Positions 56,220 to 64,000 of a stretch of 64,000 bases of DNA are shown one piece after another. The stretch comes from Candidatus Omnitrophota bacterium (GTDB taxonomy: Bacteria > Omnitrophota > Gorgyraeia > 1-14-0-20-64-10). The stretch is taken from the NCBI GenBank assembly GCA_023818695.1, contig JAMWCF010000001.1:211306-275305 (forward strand), in the 5' to 3' direction. Below the pieces are notes generated by a model. That model saw only the letters and a program-made list of their open reading frames with translations. It searched no databases and was not told where the DNA came from. The position numbers and the translations under genes are program-made. The first letter of the stretch is position 1. Each line of letters begins with the position of its first letter.

Positions 56220-57484
56220 GACAAAAACAGATTGAACTTTTCATTGTCGGTGGCTGCGGTCACGTAGGCCTGCCGCTGGGCATCATGCTGGCGGATGCCG
56301 GCATCAAAGTTAAACTTTACGACTTGAATGCCAGCCGGACGGAATTGGTTCGCGCTGGGAAAATGCCTTTTATCGAGTATGGGGCAGACCCGATTCTGGG
56401 GCGCGTGATCAACAAAAACCTGTTTATAGCCGACTCTCTGTCGGAGCTGCGCGAGGCCAACGGAATCATCGTCACCATAGGAACCCCGGTGGATGAATAC
56501 CATAACCCAAAAACTGGCCCTTTGTTCAAAATGGTCCAGGACATTACCCCCTACTTGAAGAACGGTCAGCACCTGATTATTCGGAGCACCGTTTGTCCTG
56601 GCATGACCCGCGAGTTAAAGCGAGTTCTGGACGATCTGCCGGTCAAGCTCCACGTTTCGAATTGTCCGGAAAGGATTTCCCAGGGGTACGCAATCCGGGA
56701 ATTGAAAGAACTGCCTCAGATCGTCTCCGGTTTCTCAAAAGAGGCGGTGGAATTCGCCAGTGCGGTTTTCCGAAAACTGGGTTGCAAGATCACGCTGCTG
56801 GCAGTAGAAGAAGCGGAACTGGTCAAACTTTTCCTGAACGCCTGGCGCTATATCCAATTCTCAATCTCCAATCAGTTCTATGTCATGGCGTCGCGGAAGG
56901 GAATCAATTATCTGAAAATTCACGAAGCGATGACGGAGGGCTATGAGCGGGGCAAGGGAATCCCCCGCCCCGGTTTTACCGCGGGCCCCTGCCTACTGAA
57001 GGATACCCTGCAGCTCTCTGCCATGACGAGCGGCAACTTCCCTCTCGGGCAGGCCGCCATGCTGATCAATGAAGGCCTGCCTTCATTCCTCGTGGAGGAG
57101 CTGCGCAGGGAGACGGATCTTTCAAAGGAGACGGTGGGGATCCTGGGAATGGCGTTCAAGGCCAACGTCGATGACACGCGGGACTCGCTGGCGTTCAAAC
57201 TGCGCAAACAGCTGCTTTTTTACGGCGCCACGGTGCTCTGCTCGGACGCCTTGATTCGTGACCCGGCATTCGTGTCGACCGATGAGCTTCTCCGGCGGTG
57301 CCGGATCATCATCATCGGCGCCCCCCACGACGCCTACAAATCGCTGCGGTTCCCAGCCGGCAAGAAGGTGATCGACATCTGGGGGATGTCGACCGAAAAG
57401 AAACGGCTATTGAGGGGTGAACCGGACGGCGCCCGGAAACAAATCGCGGCGTCCGGTGCAGGCATGAAAAAGAGAGCCATATGA
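56216..57484 (+). CDS. UDP-glucose/GDP-mannose dehydrogenase-family nucleotide-sugar dehydrogenase
   Basis: ATGA overlap with the upstream gene. Rossmann motif FIVGGCGHVGLPLG and the catalytic region FTAGPCLLKD. Confidence 0.75.
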   Translation: MRQKQIELFIVGGCGHVGLPLGIMLADAGIKVKLYDLNASRTELVRAGKMPFIEYGADPILGRVINKNLFIADSLSELREANGIIVTIGTPVDEYHNPKTGPLFKMVQDITPYLKNGQHLIIRSTVCPGMTRELKRVLDDLPVKLHVSNCPERISQGYAIRELKELPQIVSGFSKEAVEFASAVFRKLGCKITLLAVEEAELVKLFLNAWRYIQFSISNQFYVMASRKGINYLKIHEAMTEGYERGKGIPRPGFTAGPCLLKDTLQLSAMTSGNFPLGQAAMLINEGLPSFLVEELRRETDLSKETVGILGMAFKANVDDTRDSLAFKLRKQLLFYGATVLCSDALIRDPAFVSTDELLRRCRIIIIGAPHDAYKSLRFPAGKKVIDIWGMSTEKKRLLRGEPDGARKQIAASGAGMKKRAI

Positions 57485-58617
57485 ACCCTTCGAAAACCGG
57501 AGCAGTCGGTCCATCGAAAAAGACGATCCCCTGGTGGGAGCCCTCCATCGGCCCCAAGGTAAAAGACCGTGTGTTTCGAGTAATTGAGAGCGGTTATCTG
57601 AACGATGGGGAAGTGACCGCCGAACTGGAAAAGCGGCTGATGGAGCTGACCGGCTCCGCTCATGCGGTGGGGGTCAGCAGCGGGACGGCCGGTCTCTTTC
57701 TCTCCCTGGTTGCCTGCGGGGTGGGGCCGGGGGATGAGGTGCTGGTGCCGGACGTCACCTTTATCGCCACCGCCAACGCCGTCTCGCTGGCCGGCGCCAC
57801 GACGGTTTTAGTGGATGTTCGCCGGGAGGATTTCAGCATCGATCCGGAGAAGATCGCCGAGGCGCTGACTCCGAAGACAAGAGCGATCCTGCCGGTCCAC
57901 GTGAACGGGCGAAGCGCCGACATGGATGCAATTCTGTCGATCGCCCGCGCGCATGGCCTGAAGGTGGTCGAGGATGCTGCCGAAACCCTCGGCGCCTCCT
58001 GGAAAAAGAGATCCCTGGGGACGCTGGGGGATGCCGGCGCCCTTTCCTTCGCCTCCTCCAAACTGGTGACGACTGGCCAGGGAGGGGCGGTCCTGACGAA
58101 CAACCACAAGGTGAGGGACCGGATCAAAGAGCTCAAGGACCAGGGACGGCTTCACACCGGCACCGGCGGCGACGACAAACACCCGGTCGTCGGCTACAAC
58201 TTCAAGCTGACGAACCTCCAGGCGGCGGTGGCGCTGGCCCAGTTGGAGGAGATCGAGGAGCGGACCACCCATTTGAGGAACCTGTACGAATGGTACCGGC
58301 AAGGCCTGGCGGGGATTAAAGGACTGCGGCTTCTCCCCTTCGACTTCGCCTCCGGACAGCAGCCGCAGTGGATCGACGTCATGACGCCGCGCAGGGATCA
58401 GCTGGCGGAATTCCTCCTGCGCAGGGGGATCCGGACCCGGAAGTTCTGGTTTCCCCTGCACACCCAGCCCCCGTACCGGGACAGGGAGGACCGTTTCCCG
58501 AACGCCTCCGCCGTCTGCCGGGAAGGGCTCTGGCTGCCATCGTCGGTGACACTGCGCCGGCAGGAGGTCGCCAGGGTGACGGAAGCGATCCGGGAATTCT
58601 TTTTAAAAGGTTCCTAG
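57481..58617 (+). CDS. DegT/DnrJ/EryC1/StrS-family sugar aminotransferase
   Basis: ATGA overlap with the upstream gene. PLP-lysine region FASSKLVTTGQGGAV. Confidence 0.8.
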   Translation: MNPSKTGAVGPSKKTIPWWEPSIGPKVKDRVFRVIESGYLNDGEVTAELEKRLMELTGSAHAVGVSSGTAGLFLSLVACGVGPGDEVLVPDVTFIATANAVSLAGATTVLVDVRREDFSIDPEKIAEALTPKTRAILPVHVNGRSADMDAILSIARAHGLKVVEDAAETLGASWKKRSLGTLGDAGALSFASSKLVTTGQGGAVLTNNHKVRDRIKELKDQGRLHTGTGGDDKHPVVGYNFKLTNLQAAVALAQLEEIEERTTHLRNLYEWYRQGLAGIKGLRLLPFDFASGQQPQWIDVMTPRRDQLAEFLLRRGIRTRKFWFPLHTQPPYRDREDRFPNASAVCREGLWLPSSVTLRRQEVARVTEAIREFFLKGS

Positions 58618-59718
58618 ATGCAGAAAATTTTTGCCCCTTACGTGAAAGAAATCCTGGCCTCCCTTGGGGAGCCGCTGATCTACGTGGATGTCGGAGCCCG
58701 CAATGGGATGTTTGAGCTGGCCGGAATCGCTCCCTTCGTGAAGGCCTACGGTTTTGAGCCGAACCCGGAGGAGTTCGTGAAGCTGGAGAGAGGAGACACC
58801 GACGTCTCCTGGCTGGGCGTTGCTGCTCCCCGCTACGCCCAGAGCCGGTACGCCCCTTACGCGATCAGCAACGTCGATGGGACGCGAACCTTTTACGTGA
58901 CGAAAGGGCCTGGAGCCGCCGGAATGATCGAGCCAAACATCGAACGCCTGCGGGAGATCATCTGGAAAGGGATGCGCTACTATCCGAACTTCGGGGATCA
59001 GGTTTTTCCGGTCAAAGAGGTCATCCCGGTGGAAACAAAGACCCTCGCCTCTTTCGCGCGGGAGGGCGGCCTGAACTGGATCGATTTCCTGAAGATCGAC
59101 GTGGAGGGGATGGAGTACGAGGTGCTGGAGGGGGCGGGGAACCTGCTGCGCTCCACGGCGGTCATTAAAGTGGAGGTCTGTTTCATCCCTTTCAGAAAAA
59201 ACCAGAAGCTCTTTTCCCACGTCGATCTTCTATTGAGGAATTACGGTTTCGACCTGTTGAAGTTCGAGACCACGCAGGGTCAGGTCGGCTACAAGGAACG
59301 GGAGTCCCATTTCAGCATCGGGCCGGCCATCGGATGGCCCGACCGGTATGGCCAGGCCCTCTCTTGTGATGCGATCTACGTCAACCGGGATCTGATGGGG
59401 CCCAGAGCGGCGGCCCAAGCGGTGGTGCTGATCGAGAAGAATTACCTGGATGAGGCCCTTTTCATTCTGAAGCGTAAGACCGATATTCGGAATGAACAGT
59501 TGTTTGAACTTCTGAAGAACTGGCGAGGGGGATGGAAAACCTGGTTGTTCGACGCCTTTATCGCTCTTTTCCTGAAGGCCGTATCGCTGCGCAGACCGTG
59601 GAAATCCTTTCGCCGGTGGCTGGGATGGAGGAAACTGCGCAGGGCCGGAAGGGTGCCGCCGGTGAAGCCGGTCCAGCGGCCGGTTTCCGAAACGACCGAA
59701 TCGGTGTGGGCAAAATGA
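58618..59718 (+). CDS. FkbM-family methyltransferase
   Basis: Motifs VDVGARNG, DGTRTFYV and IDFLKIDVEGMEYEVLEGA. Confidence 0.75.
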   Translation: MQKIFAPYVKEILASLGEPLIYVDVGARNGMFELAGIAPFVKAYGFEPNPEEFVKLERGDTDVSWLGVAAPRYAQSRYAPYAISNVDGTRTFYVTKGPGAAGMIEPNIERLREIIWKGMRYYPNFGDQVFPVKEVIPVETKTLASFAREGGLNWIDFLKIDVEGMEYEVLEGAGNLLRSTAVIKVEVCFIPFRKNQKLFSHVDLLLRNYGFDLLKFETTQGQVGYKERESHFSIGPAIGWPDRYGQALSCDAIYVNRDLMGPRAAAQAVVLIEKNYLDEALFILKRKTDIRNEQLFELLKNWRGGWKTWLFDAFIALFLKAVSLRRPWKSFRRWLGWRKLRRAGRVPPVKPVQRPVSETTESVWAK

Positions 59719-60271
59719 AAGACCGGACCCTCCGGAAACCGAAGATAGCCGGCAAGAGGGTCAGGTACAAATCTCCCTGGATCCATCTGATCGAGAAATC
59801 AGTTCTCTATCCAGGGGAGTCGAAATCCCGGAAATACGTTTCCGTCAAGGCCAGGGAGTACTGCACCGTCCTGGCCGTGACGCCGAAGAACAAGGTTGTG
59901 CTGGTCAGGCAGTACAGGCCGATCGTTGAAAATTTCACCCTGGAACTGCCCAGCGGGTGCATCGACGGCAAGGAATCTCCGATGGCAGCCGCCGTGAGGG
60001 AACTGACCGAGGAAACCGGTTTCCGGCCGACCGGAAGGATGGAGTTCCTCGGCGCCCTGTACCCTGATTCGGGACGCCTGGAAAACCGAATGTGGTCTTA
60101 TTTCGCGCGCAGCGTGGTACCGGCGAGGGGAGCCAGCCATCGGGAAAAGGGGGTGGAGACTGTCCTGTGCACCTGGACGGAGGTCAAAGAGATGATACGC
60201 GAGGGCCGGATCCTGCATGGTCCTCACCTGGGCGTCATAGCCTTGGCGCTGCTTTCGGGGAGACTGCGGCT

Positions 60272-60275
<4 letters not shown>
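59715..60275 (+). CDS. Nudix hydrolase
   Basis: ATGA overlap with the upstream gene. Nudix box GCIDGKESPMAAAVRELTEETGF. Confidence 0.8.

Positions 60276-64000
<3,725 letters not shown>

Overview
GC-rich bacterial chromosomal segment, probably from a diderm because an LptD/OstA-like gene is present. I call about 60 protein-coding genes, and every one is on the + strand. Twenty gene junctions that I checked by eye are 4-nt ATGA/GTGA start/stop overlaps.

Gene order:
- mrp/apbC (5' partial) and a tusA-like gene.
- An AT-rich leader that looks like a c-di-GMP-I riboswitch with a terminator.
- A 906-aa secreted tandem-repeat protein of no recognisable family.
- A thioredoxin-like-ferredoxin/peroxiredoxin fusion and a YyaL/DUF255 thioredoxin-domain protein.
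- A non-canonical complex-I-like set: fused nuoBCD, nuoI, nuoA, nuoH, then a Rieske ferredoxin and a 7Fe-type ferredoxin, ending at a strong terminator.
- A sulfite-reductase-like half-domain protein, a ThiO-like oxidase, a 2-Cys peroxiredoxin, DsbA-like and MauE/DoxX-like genes, a YfhO-like membrane protein and a methyltransferase.
- A PAS protein, GTP-PEPCK, three uncharacterised exported/membrane proteins and a PAS-GAF protein.
- A DUF486/DMT protein and a CrcB fragment.
- miaB, miaA and hflX.
- A CIRCE-controlled hrcA-grpE-dnaK-dnaJ operon.
- An FmdB zinc ribbon, DUF1015, accD and an orphan ABC ATPase.
- Two GGDEF cyclases, a ROK glucokinase and lptD.
- A glycan cluster of more than 20 kb: ugd, rmlABD, several NDP-sugar dehydrogenases, epimerases and aminotransferases, uxs, gmd, wzm, a glycosyltransferase, a formyltransferase, FkbM, Nudix, a C-methyltransferase fused to APS kinase, and a sulfotransferase cut by the window edge.

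I saw no rRNA, tRNA, CRISPR array, transposase or integrase.

Most interesting:
1. The riboswitch-like leader, the novel repeat protein and the minimal complex-I-like redox genes appear to form one ~11-kb unit.
2. The C-methyltransferase/APS-kinase fusion next to a sulfotransferase.
3. An unexplained 535-nt GC-rich non-coding gap inside the glycan cluster.
4. Two output-less PAS/GAF sensors that share a C-terminal peptide motif.

All functional calls rest on motif recognition by eye. No database searches were run.
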